Of a stretch of DNA of 64,000 bases, positions 52,847 to 64,000 are shown piece after piece. Under the pieces are notes generated by a model. The model did not search any database and had not been told where the DNA came from. It saw only the letters and a program-made list of their open reading frames with translations. Source of the stretch: Negaprion brevirostris. Taxonomy: Eukaryota. Numbering within the stretch: position 1 is the first letter of the stretch; every line of letters begins with the position of its first letter. Location: contig JARDVH010000193.1 in assembly GCA_030324005.1 (NCBI GenBank), forward strand, positions 39,251,696 to 39,315,695. Direction: 5' to 3'. The translations under genes were made by a program, and so were the position numbers.

Positions 52847-53098
52847 GTTCTCATATTGTTCAGAATTTTAACCTTTGGTAGGATTGTAAAAGTGTTTGGA
52901 TCAGATTAGTCACTTGTTAAACATCCATCCAGACCTACCTGAAATTATTTTGTCCACTATGATCAATTTTTGAGAGTCTACTCTCGGAAGGATTTCAAAG
53001 CCATGGTCAAAGTATGAAAGAGATTTAATGAAATTATACCAGAAATAAATGACCTAAATTATGATGTGAGATTCGAGAAACAGCGGGGGGAGGGTGCA

Positions 53099-54450
53099 GG
53101 GATATGATTCTCCCATCCCACTGTGTTAATTTCATAGTGCAGCAGGCTGGGAGAATCCTGTGGCAGGGTATGTGCAGGATTTGTGCAGACGTTCCTGCTG
53201 TGATAGCATCTCCCGGTACTGGATTTCCGGCGGTGTCTGCACTTGCTGGAAATCAGCGGAGAGGCGGGTTTAATATTTAAATCATAATATTGATATCGTT
53301 TAAATGTTATTAGTGGACCCAGGACTGAACTCTCCGGGCCCACTAGTCTCTCCCACCGTGCCAGAGCGTTTCACTCCAGCAGATTTTAGAGTACAAAGAA
53401 CAAAGAACAACACAGCACAGGAAACAGGCCCTTCGGCCCAACAAGCCCGCGCCGCCATTTTGACATTCAGTGAGTGCCTCATCTACCTATGACTTTTCTC
53501 TACGCCAGATTAAGGGAGGTCGAATTTAGGGACAATTTGTTAACACCAATCAGCCTAAAAGCACGTTTTTGGGGTGTGGGAGGAAACCGGAGCATCCGGA
53601 GTAGCTCCCCACTTTTGGTGAACTTGCAGCCTGGCCCCACTGGATTGTAGGGGGGGCATTCGGGGACCCCCAAGTGGTCGGGCAGTGGGGGGATGATGGG
53701 CCCTGAGCATTGGCACCTAGGAAGTGCCAGCTTGAACCCCCAGTATGGCCCATGGGACTAAAGTGCCAATGCCCAAGCGGGCACCTTGGCACTCCCCTTT
53801 GGGCATTGGGCAATGGTGGAGAGGTGGGGCATATTGGGGGGGGGCAGGGCCCAGGGGCAATTGGTGGGGGATAGAATGTCCTGCTGTCATTCTGCATAGG
53901 GATCTGTGGGGGAAGGATTGGGGCAGGCTCTGGGAGTGTGGTCAACCTACTGGGGGGTTCGACACTGCAGTGGGGGAGTTGGGACTGTGGGGGGGGGAGA
54001 ATTGGTGAGGGGGCTGACACCACAGCAGGCCCCAGTGGGGGGGTATGGAGGGGGGCTTGAGGCCGGCCCAGGAATGGTCAGGGGGTCAGTGGTCGGACCG
54101 AGGGGTGAGGAGGGGGCAGCTGAGGGCCAGTGTTACAGGGGTTGCACAGTTGGCCAGCGATTGAGCTGGCCAGCATTCGGGAGGCCATCAGTGTGGGACC
54201 ACAGCGCATGCGCTGATCTTGGCGCTGACTGATTGACGCATGCGCAGTGGCCCCTCAGCTTGCTGATTTCAGCCTCTCCAGTGGAAATAGACCCCGCCCA
54301 CTGAAATTTAATCATATTCACACTGATGGCCTCTGTAGTGTACAGAGTCAGGGAGATTCTTCTCTGAACTCTCACTGAACAAACCAATGTGAATTACTCC
54401 AATTACTCCAATTTGATACGCAGAGCTTTTTGGAGAGAATTCCACTCCCA
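53099..54450. mobile_element. GC-rich non-autonomous DNA element (Harbinger-like) with a nested HE1-type SINE (53383-53602, minus)
   Basis: Termini GGGATATGATTCTCC and GGAGAGAATTCCACTCCC; G-rich interior; splits an old CR1 between RFEK and GLFS codons. Confidence 0.65.
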
Positions 54451-54957
54451 GGTCTCTTTTCTCAGGACTTTGCTTTATAATTCTCCTGTGAAGCACTTTG
54501 TGACCTTTCATTCTGTTAAGGACACTAGGTAAATATAAGTTGTTGTAGAATATTGAAAGACAATTGGGTAGAGGTTAAACAGTTTGCAATGCTTTGAAAG
54601 TAACAGGGAAAACTCTTTTCACTGGTTGGTGATCCAAAATAACTTTTAAGATCATCACCAAAAATTTAAGGGAAAGTTTAAAGGAAAACTTGCTAATTTC
54701 TACTACAATGGAATAAATTACCACTACAAATCAAAATGACAATTGACATTTTGCTTAAAATATAAGAAAGTCATCCTTGTTATGTAGTACACAAGCTAAA
54801 ATGAGTTCAGGCAGCTCAGTCTCACTGCTGTTTCTGAAATGGGTATTACTTCCAGTTATTACATGAGTTGGAAAAACAAAGGATTCGTACTTGTTTCTGC
54901 ATGTCATTTAGACAATAATTACTAAGGGTGGATGTTTACAGAGAAAAGAGTTACTGT

Positions 54958-55151
54958 CAATGTTCCCTCTAAGCTGTCTGGATGCATGACTGCACGACAG
55001 TATAGAACTTACCACGCAGATAATTAACAGGCCAAATACAGAACTGGTCCCTTTAAGACGTGCACACATGTGACCACATGACAATGTTAAAGGCATTTTG
55101 CAGTGCAACAAACAGGCTGCTCTAAACAAATATAAATTAGAGGGAGCATTG
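54958..55151. mobile_element. hAT-type MITE
   Basis: 15-bp TIRs CAATGTTCCCTCTAA / TTAGAGGGAGCATTG (14/15 match); 8-bp flanks GTTACTGT / CTTCCTGT (6/8), consistent with a decayed TSD. Confidence 0.8.
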
Positions 55152-58100
55152 CTTCCTGTCCCACTAATTATTTTGCCAGCAAAAACATTCAGGAGGCAGG
55201 AAAACAAAACTAATGATTGACATGGTAAAATCCTAATAGAAGTACACCCTCAAATTCATCATCATCATTAGATGAACAGGGTATGTGTAAAGTCCAGCCA
55301 GGCAACAACAAATTGTAANNNNNNNNNNNNNNNNNNNNTTCAATTAAAGTGACCTATAGACTCAGAAATAACAGAATTTTGAAATGAACATGGAATTAAA
55401 GACTTGTTTTTATGCACTGGAAAAACATTGATGGACCAGTAATGCGTGATGCTGAAGTGATACTTGAAGGTGAATATACTAGTTGCCTTGGCCAATCACA
55501 ACAAGGGTTCATTAGCTCTGCAAGCTGACATAGCCCAATGCTTTTCAAAGCTATTCACTAAAATAACGTCAGGGGCCACAGAGGAGGTGGGGGAAGAGGT
55601 AGTGGGTTGCTGGGGTGACATGTTACATTAGCTCCTTATGACATGTAGCTCAAGGGAGATGGAAAGCAGGAGGAAAAGAACAAGATGTGTCTCTGTAAAG
55701 CTAAGCACGTGCTTTCATCTGTTATTGCCATCTTAACTCTAAAAATGTATGCTTCCCCCATTAAGCTGAATTGGTTCCTGTGCTATATACAGTAGTGGAA
55801 GATCATCGTCTCTATTTGATTTTATAAGGTCTCTGGTGACAAGGAAATATACAGAATGATTGATTGGTTCAGTGCAGTGTTTTGATTTATAACTTAATGT
55901 GAATCCCAGTTAAATGAATATTTACAGGAAGTAAATATAAGTTCATGTCATCATCTTGTTTACTTAACAAGAATGAACTGTGCTGTTGTAATGATTTTCT
56001 TGGATTCCTAGTTCACACAGCCAGACAGCTTTACTAAATACACCTTTTTCAAAATCCCACCATGGAGGAATCTTGACTTGCTAGTAAATGTGAATGAATG
56101 ATAGAGAGACAGCAGAATTTGCTCCGAATTGGATAAAAATCATGGTCCAGACAGCAGTCCGATGGTAATGTGAAGAAAACAGATTGACTTAGTTCAACTG
56201 TATCATTTACCTCCTTCCCACAGAAGAATCACTGAAGCTTTTGTGGGGCAGATACACAGCAGTTAGGTCAGTACCAGCATTTCAACAGCAATGGGCAGAA
56301 GGCTTGGAATTCCCTGCTTTCCTGACTTCTGGGGTTTCTTTTCATGCACATGGTGTGATGACAGATAAAGACATGTGCAAAATCAGTTCTTGAGGAGGGC
56401 GATGTTAGCAGAGATGCGGCTTAACCTTTTGAGTACTGGATCAGTTTAGCCACTCACAGAACAGCATGCCTCCACATTTCTACACCAAGGGGCTACTTAT
56501 TTCCAAATGTCCAACAGATTGAACTGGTTTCTGTTTTAAATCAGCTCTAGCAGTTATGTCTAAACAGAGACACATTATCCTTTTTCCTCTGATGTAATCA
56601 TTAATTTCAGGTCAATTTCATTAATTTGAAATCACAAACAATCAGGGATCTCAAAGTATTTTGGAACTGATTTAGCAGCAAGGCTGTCAGTAGACAAACT
56701 ATTTTAATACGATTTTAATAGCTTTTGAATGAAGTTTGATCAGGATAAAATTGTATCACAATTTGAACAGGAAGCAATGCACTTTAACCTTTTGTAGTTT
56801 GCAGATGAGGCCTGTTCCTATTTTTCACATCAAAATGGGTGAGTTTCTTATATAGATTTAGAAATTGGTGGTTCGGATAATATTTCATTAAGAGGAGCAG
56901 GCAAGTATTCTGCAGACATGATTTTGGACTGGGGATGTTGCTTGTATTTTTTCTACTTAAAATTATGGATTTCAGTGTAATAACATGGCACAGTTGCAAT
57001 GATGAGTATTCCCCATATGAAGTTCTGTGTAAATCATCAAAATGAGATTGGCTGAATGATAACTGGTATTATCTACCTGCAATCCAGAAAAGATAACCTC
57101 TCTTTTCTCTGAGCACTCCTAATATATTAGCATAGTTCTGTGTCCTAATGATCACATAATCACTTTCTTTGTACAAATATTTTAAAAACAGGTCCAATAT
57201 CTTTTATTCCTTTTTACTGGGGGATGTCTTTACAGTTTACAGATACTTGCCTGTGAGTCAGAAGATGGTGGTTTGAAGTCCTGCAGCAGAATTGTACTCC
57301 TTCCCTAGCCACCACCAGCAGCGCCCCCCCCCCGCCCCCGCCAACCTCCTTTGTTTGTTTGATTGTTTCTTTCTTTATTTCTTTATTTATTTCCTCTCTT
57401 TCTTTCTCTTTGTCATATATGGCCGTTTGGTTTCAAAGTTATTATGGTACACACTTAACTGTCTAACAACAGATACTACAACATGTTTGAAGACCTAAAT
57501 AAATTTTATAGTTGTGTGAATTTATAGTTGTGTGAACCTAAGTTTAATCAATATGTAAAGTTATGTATAAAGCAAACATTTCCTTATCCATTTGCAACAA
57601 ATTGGTATGGCTCATATGTGAACATGTTTGTATTCGCAAATCTATGAAAGATCATAACTGAAAATTCTGACCTTTTACCTGAAATTGCCTATTATAGTGT
57701 TCTGTGAAGTACAGTTACCCATTTCAGGTACAGCACAACATTTTGTGACATGGTGTGAATTAGTTGTGCTATGATACAAAAGAAATGTCTGTAACTGGAA
57801 GAACTAGTGCAAGGGTTGCCTTGGTTTTTTTTATGTCAGATCTTTAGATGGCTTATTGCAATAATCTTGATATTTCTTGATGCTGAATATTTTGTATTAC
57901 ATTGGTTTGGGAGTCATCATATGTGTGTTTTGAATGAGTAATTCATCATATATTAACCATTCACTTTTGACAATGTAGTATGATTTCAAACCCCCATCTG
58001 GGTCATCCCTTTCCAACCAGCTTTCCACAGTGAGAATATGTTCTTGTAATCTTACAGCTGGAATCTCTATTTCATTTGCAGATTTTTCACATGCTGAAAG

Positions 58101-58382
58101 ATGTACTGCGAAGTTTACATATTGCTGCAAACCTTGAACTATTTTAGTCACTCCTGGTACTGGAGTTGTGATTGAGAACTGATTGCTAATGAATATGCTG
58201 TGCATTTCCAGCTTTTTTCAATGTTCCTTCCACCTTGCCTTCTCTCCCATCATTTTAAGCCAACTGCCATGGCCTTATCTCAATCATTACCCTTCATCCC
58301 TTGCTCCTTTGAATCATTCATTCTCCAGTTTTTCAAGTCCATTATCCTTTTCTCTAACTTTATAGCCACTGAATCACAATAC

Positions 58383-58512
58383 TGGAACACCCTACCAAAT
58401 AACACTGCTGGATTACCATTATCACATGAATAACAGTAGATCAAGAAGAACTCCGTTTTCTCAGGAATAGGCAATAAATACTGGAGCTGCCATACCTCAA
58501 TAATAAATAAAA
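58383..58512 (+). mobile_element. 3' end remnant of the LINE family seen at 3280 and 7583
   Basis: TGGAACACCCTACC...GGCAATAAATACTGG...A-rich tail. Confidence 0.55.
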
Positions 58513-59020
58513 AAGGTCATCTAATTATATTACAACCACATCTCAAATTGGAATAGCTGGAAATGTGGAAAATTGCTTTTCCTGATTGAATATTTTATGA
58601 AATCAACAAACCTTACATTTGGAATGGTGAAACATGTTCCACTGTTAGATTCTGTATGCACAGAACTGATGTATGCGCAAGACTAATGTACATTGAAGAT
58701 TGGCCTACACATAGAGCTCAGGGGGGTAAGGTTTACATAAATGCTGATATGTCTTCCTTTACCCATGTTCTGTCTGCTCCCATCTCCTCTGCATTCATTC
58801 TCCATTCTCTTGCTATTCCATTCTTTCTATGTCCGAGGACAATGGAGATGATGTGATGTCATAAACTGACAGTCCTAGGCATCTAATATAAAAGTCAATG
58901 TTGATCCAAAATGACCAATTGATTCGGGTGGAGCGAGGCCCAGGGCCAAGCCTCCCTCCACCTCTACATATTCATACCGACACTTGCAGTTTATCACCAG
59001 CTCTTTGAAGCATTTGTCCC

Positions 59021-59464
59021 ACAGCATTCGGCCCACAAGTTGCGCCGATCACTTCTATACCTCCTAGGCCATGGACCTGTCTGTGGCCCCCAGTCCCATT
59101 GGACCCCATGTGCTCATCCAGAGGTCTTTTGGAAGGCCCTGGCGAGTTCACCTCCACCGCCACCGATGGCGGCCGATTCCATTCACTCGCCACCCTCTGA
59201 GTGGGGGGCTTGCCCCTGGCGTCTCCTCTGTGCTTGCTTCCCTGCGCCTTGAATCTGTGTCCTCTCATGGCGACCATTTCCGCTCTGGGGTTCCACTCTG
59301 TCTATTCCTCTCAACATCTTGTGAACCTCTGTCGGGTCGCCTCTTGGCCTTTGTCTCTCCGGGGAGGGGAGATCTGGCTCCCTCAACCTATCTTCGTGAG
59401 GCATGCCTCCCAATCCAGGCAACATCCTTGTAAATCTCCTCTGCACCCTTTCAATAGCTTCCAC
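59021..59464 (-). mobile_element. CR1 LINE 3' fragment with T-to-C hypermutation on the coding strand (A-to-G on plus)
   Basis: [18 protein letters not shown] followed by REPDLPSPERQRPRGDPTEVHKM where CR1 normally has RELGLFSLERRRLRGDLIEVYKM. Confidence 0.92.
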
Positions 59465-59596
59465 GTAGGGAGGTCTTGCTGCAACTGTACAGGGCACTGG
59501 TGAGGCCGCAGCTGGAGTGCTGTGTGCAGTTTTGGTCGCCACACTTACGCAAGGATATTTTGGCCTTGGAGGGAGTGCAGAGGAGGTTTACTAGGC
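59465..59596 (+). mobile_element. CR1 LINE fragment running into a gap
   Basis: [42 protein letters not shown]. Confidence 0.92.
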
Positions 59597-59696
59597 NNNN
59601 NNNNNNNNNNNNNNNNNNNNNNNNNNNNNNNNNNNNNNNNNNNNNNNNNNNNNNNNNNNNNNNNNNNNNNNNNNNNNNNNNNNNNNNNNNNNNNNN

Positions 59697-59886
59697 GTTT
59701 GCACATTCTCCCTGTGGCTGCATGGGTTTTCTCCAGGTGCTCCGGTTTCCTCCCACATTCTGAAAGAAGTGCTGGTTAGGTGCATTGACCTGAACAGGTG
59801 CTGGAGTGTGGCGACGAGGAAGATTTCACAGTAACTTCATTGCAGTGTTAATGTAAACCTACTTGCAACACTATTAAATAAACTTT
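59697..59886 (+). mobile_element. V-SINE (head hidden in the gap)
   Basis: GTTTGCACATTCTCCC...CAGTAACTTCATTGCAGTGTTAATGTAAACCTACTTG tail. Confidence 0.88.
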
Positions 59887-61549
59887 AAAAATCTAGCTGT
59901 TCCATCCTGGTAATTTCCTCTTTCATCTTCAGTAAAACTGGAATGGATACATCCTGACAACTTATCTAGGGAAATACATTGAATTGAGTTTTAGTTTGAT
60001 GTTTGCATGTACTTTCACAAGAATCTTGCCAGACTTTTGAAAAAATGGCCTATTTCAAGCTATACGTCACCTTTGCTACTGCCTCTAATTTGGTAGTAGT
60101 CTGAGGACTTGAATTGCTGGTGCTTTGAGTCTAGATCACATTTTCTTCCTCTTTCTTTATCTTTTCTAAGATGTGCATCCCATGAACTTTTCATGCACGT
60201 TCTGAGAATTATATTGTGAGCCATTCTAGCTATTGGTTTGTGTCTGTAATGCAAGTAAAAATCTTTTCAATTACTGGGATTCTGAGAATAATTGTTTTGA
60301 CTGTTCCTGAGTCTGTTGTGCTAATGATTTGGACATCTTTGAGGAAGATGCTCACTGTCTGGAGGTTTCCATCCTTTTGTTATAATTCATCCAGAAATAC
60401 ATGTCATTGGCCATTTATTGGAATGACAGGGATGTTTCCTTCTTCTGACATACTGCTTGTGTCTTTCTTCTAATATCTGTGTCACTTCATACTACAGCAG
60501 GACATCTATCTCTTCAGTGTGGTTAGTAAATATCCACAACCGCCATGGGTTTTCATTTATCAGTGATCTTCTCTCTCCATGCGTGATTTGGTTTCAGATG
60601 CTACTTTGGTCAAGCCACGTTTGTTGGCTGCTAAGCTTTTACAACATGCTTTAAGTAGATCCAGATTTGCTTTCCCATCTGGCTCACGTTTAATGACCTT
60701 CTGTTGCCTTTGAATACCTCCCCTTTGCCTTGTTTGCCTATTGGTTCTCAATTAAGATCAGGGATGACCTTGAAGTCTTTCTAACAGTCTTTCATCTCTA
60801 AGGCTTTCACAAATCATTTCATTGTGTAGAATATCATACATGAAGTGCTCTGCTGCCCCTATGGCTGTGACGAAACGGCCTACAGGTGCCTCCTTTCCCT
60901 TTGGCAGGATTTAGTTCTTTTGAAAATTGCTTTCTGATAATGAAAAAATGCCTCTGAAATCTTTTCACACCCACCTTATTGCTCCTTCTCTCTGTGCCAT
61001 CTTCACTGGGCAGAAAACAATCTCTTGCTTCTTCTCCCTACATCAATGAGAAGGTACAAATTGTCTCGTGTTTTTCACAGAAACCAGTTGCTTTTCTGTA
61101 CCCCAGGGAAACTCAGTACATTCTTTCCCTGTGAGCCTTTCATTGAAATGTTTTCACTTTTCCTGTTATGTAATGACCACTACACCGGTTTACAATCTGG
61201 TTTTTCTGTGTGCCTCACACAAATTTTCTCGCTAATTTGCAAAGCAGCAATGATTTTTGTGGTTTAGTTTTAATTAGACTTAAACACGTGACTTTAGATG
61301 TTTGCTGGTGTTGTATTCCTTTTACCGTGTCCATTGAGGGTGAGAAGGGTGGCAGAAAATCAAGGCAGGGTAAAGATCTGTCTCAAGAGTTACCATTGAG
61401 CATATATTGAAGATGACAGCTTCAACTGAATGCAACTTACCACATCATGATGTAAAAACAAAAACACAACCACTTGAAATACTTTAAAAAAAAGACACGT
61501 GGCTATGTCTTTTTTAGGGAGATACTTGATATTTGGAGAGCCTATCTGT

Positions 61550-61905
61550 GTTACAGACCTCAAACATAAAGTTTCTTCCCCTCTCCTTGGATCCAGCCTG
61601 ACCGGCTAACTTCCAGCATTTTCTGTTCATGTTTCAGATTTCCAACATTTGCGGTATTTTGTACTGCAGGTTCAAGTTGGCTTACAATTCAATGCCAGTT
61701 GGAACATTGTATAACATTTCTGACCCAAATTTAATCTTACTGTGTTACTATCCACATACTATCACATGCTGTGCACAAAACTGTTCACATGTGATATTAA
61801 CAGTGCCATTTCAGGTGACTCACCTGATGAAGGGGTACCTGTTGGACTTTAACCTGGTGTTGAGAGACTTCTTACTGTGCCCACCCCAGCCCATCTTCAT
61901 ATCAT
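61550..61905 (+). mobile_element. Two short Penelope-like terminal-repeat remnants (~61550-61660 and ~61815-61905)
   Basis: TTCCAGCATTTTCTGTT...TTCAGATTTCCA and CACCTGATGAAGG...CCTGTTGGACTTTAACCTGGTGTTG match recalled shark Penelope-derived repeats; a related tail lies at ~50590-50626. Confidence 0.5.
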
Positions 61906-62169
61906 TTCAGATAAAATGAGAAATCCCCAATTCCCCAAAGATTTTCTTGTATAAAAAAGCTAAACCTTATTTCAGATAAACTCAAGAGTTCTCAAAGCAT
62001 CCAAACTAACTATATTGACATTACACTCTTTAAATATTCCAAAATGTTTATTGTTGACATTTCATAAAAGACAGTGCCAGTACTTCCATCTATGAGTTGC
62101 TCTAAGTGATCACATTATAGGGATATTGGGACATTAATGCCTTGAAGTACAATTATAAATCATGGACCA

Positions 62170-62347
62170 TAGAGTATAGAATCCTGCAATGCAGAAGGAG
62201 GCCATTTGGCCTATCGAGTCTGCACCGACCACAATCCCACCCACGACCTATCCCCATAACCCCATGTGTTTACCCTAACTAGTCCCCCTGACACTAAGGG
62301 GCAATTTTAGCATGGTCAATCCACCTAACCCACACATCTTTGGACTG
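62170..62347 (-). mobile_element. HE1-type V-SINE, 3' half
   Basis: Reverse complement of the 3' half of 32218-32540. Confidence 0.85.
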
Positions 62348-62849
62348 GGACGGGACACTGATACAATAGCTCTTGACAATCATCGAACAATGTCCGTAAC
62401 AAGACAAAGGACGGAACTCTCTGATCTCACCTGCTGCTATAATTCTTCAGTCCCACTGCAGCGACTGGAGATTTGGCTGAGTGCTGAATTCTCCATTCTC
62501 ACAAACAGTAGTAGCGGGGCACTTGAAACTAGAGAATTCCAGCCAAATTCAGGCAGCAGAGAGATCAGAAATCTCAAATATCCAAAAGTGAACAGAACAG
62601 TCCTAATAGTAGGAAGGATGTAGAAATAATGTTCTCCTTCCTCAATGGCCGTGACACTTCCTACTAGCGGTGGAATGTCAAGGCGACGTGGAATTAAAGA
62701 GTTTGAAGCTATGGGAAGCTTCATTCAAACCTCCATGGCTGGAGCTGCTTGGGGCCTACAATCCCCTCAGGCCATGGTGCAATGCTAGTATAGTGAGCTC
62801 AGGGAGACAGTGGAGCTCAGGGAGACATTACAGTGAGCTCAGGTTGCTC

Positions 62850-63205
62850 TCTGATGGGGGGGAAGGAGAGGGAGGTGGGTCGGATCATTCTCTGGTAAGG
62901 GGGAGGGAGGCAGGTCAGATCACTCTCTGATGGGAGGAGGAAGTGGGTCAAATGGCTCTCTGGTGGGAGGGAGGGAGGCGGGTCAGATCACTCTCTGGTA
63001 GGGGCGGAGGGAGGTGGGTCAGATGGTTCCCTGGTCAAGGGTCGGGACGCCGGTCAGATGGCTGTCTGATGGGAACCNNNNNNNNNNNNNNNNNNNNNNN
63101 NNNNNNNNNNNNNNNNNNNNNNNNNNNNNNNNNNNNNNNNNNNNNNNNNNNNNNNNNNNNNNNNAAGGGTAGGGAAGCCGGTCAGATGGCTGTCGGATGG
63201 GAACC
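62850..63205. repeat. Imperfect ~31-33 bp G-rich minisatellite inside a MITE-like element ending at ~63609
   Basis: Repeated GGGAGGYGGGTCAGATCACTCTCTG units; terminus GGTAAAATCGGGCCC at 63595-63609. Confidence 0.75.
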
Positions 63206-64000
63206 GGTGGGTGGGAAGGGGTGGGTCCACTGCCACTCTGAGTACTTTTGGTAGAGGGGAAGGGGGATAGGGGCCCACGAGCGGTCTGGGCAGCAGGAGC
63301 ATGGGGGGTGGGTAAATGTCTGTGGGGGCCAGGGACAGGCATTATCCATTCTGGAAGTGATGTGGCAGGAGAGCATTTTTCTATTTTTTTTCTGTGCATG
63401 CGCAGTTGGAGGCTCCGATTGAAGCTGCAGCATTTTGGGTGTGCTAAGCCCCGCCCACAGGCTTCTGCAGCATGATTTGGAATCACTGATTCTTTTTTCA
63501 GGCAGAATGTGTATGTGGGCTCCTCAGAATGGGCCGAAAAGTCGTATCGGAAACACTCCCAGATTCAAGTCCGCCCAGCATTTAGAATCAAAATGGTAAA
63601 ATCGGGCCCATGGCCTGACCATCCTTCTAGACAATGTTCTGAGACCTGAAGACATTCTTTATCTTTGTTGCTGGGCTTGTTTTATTTCCTGCAACCTTTT
63701 TTTTACAATAGCTGGTAAGTGCTGAGTGATTAAGGATGTATATATGCTTCAACCTCCCTGATGAAGTGGAAATCCTCTTGTTCAGTTACTTCTGGTGATA
63801 TTCATGACACTTATTCCACTGTTTTTTGATACTTTCTTTGCATATTCTCCATCATATCTCATCAATCTTAATCTGAACTGTTGGATTCTGTGGGGTATGT
63901 TTGCAATTTTCTTTCATGTTCGGAAGGATGACTAGTGACTGAAGGTCTATTTTGATATTGAAATGCAATCCCATTACAGTCTAAAATTTTTTGCATGCCC

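Noticed and set aside
53550-54232. Pro-rich and Gly-rich ORFs
   Set aside because: Artefact of the G-rich interior of a non-autonomous DNA element.
60000-61150. Possible very old minus-strand LINE remnant
   Set aside because: Composition is suggestive, but no diagnostic motif could be read with confidence.
61820-61850. CTGATGA hammerhead-ribozyme core in a Penelope-like remnant
   Set aside because: Stem II and the GAAA box are missing; no intact hammerhead can be drawn.
62790-63205. Regularly spaced repeats resembling a CRISPR array
   Set aside because: Eukaryotic degenerate minisatellite with no unique spacers and no cas genes.

Overview
Vertebrate genomic DNA from a gapped assembly. The repeats (HE1-type V-SINEs, Deu-domain SINEs, CR1/L2/Rex1/RTE LINEs, Harbinger-like MITEs) point to a cartilaginous fish, probably a shark. 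The only host gene is the Iroquois homeobox gene irx3 (minus strand, four coding exons, 18549 to 15691), and most of its homeobox lies in an N gap. It sits in a CpG-retaining, nearly transposon-free domain of about 17 kb with many candidate conserved enhancers, bounded on the right by an old two-LTR Ty3/Gypsy element (27402-~32151). The most unusual signal is a CR1 LINE copy at ~59020-59464 with dense, strand-specific A-to-G changes. It looks like an ADAR-hyper-edited RNA that was reverse-transcribed back into the genome, fused to a second CR1 in the opposite orientation. Family names and conservation claims rest on recalled consensus sequences and motifs, not database searches.
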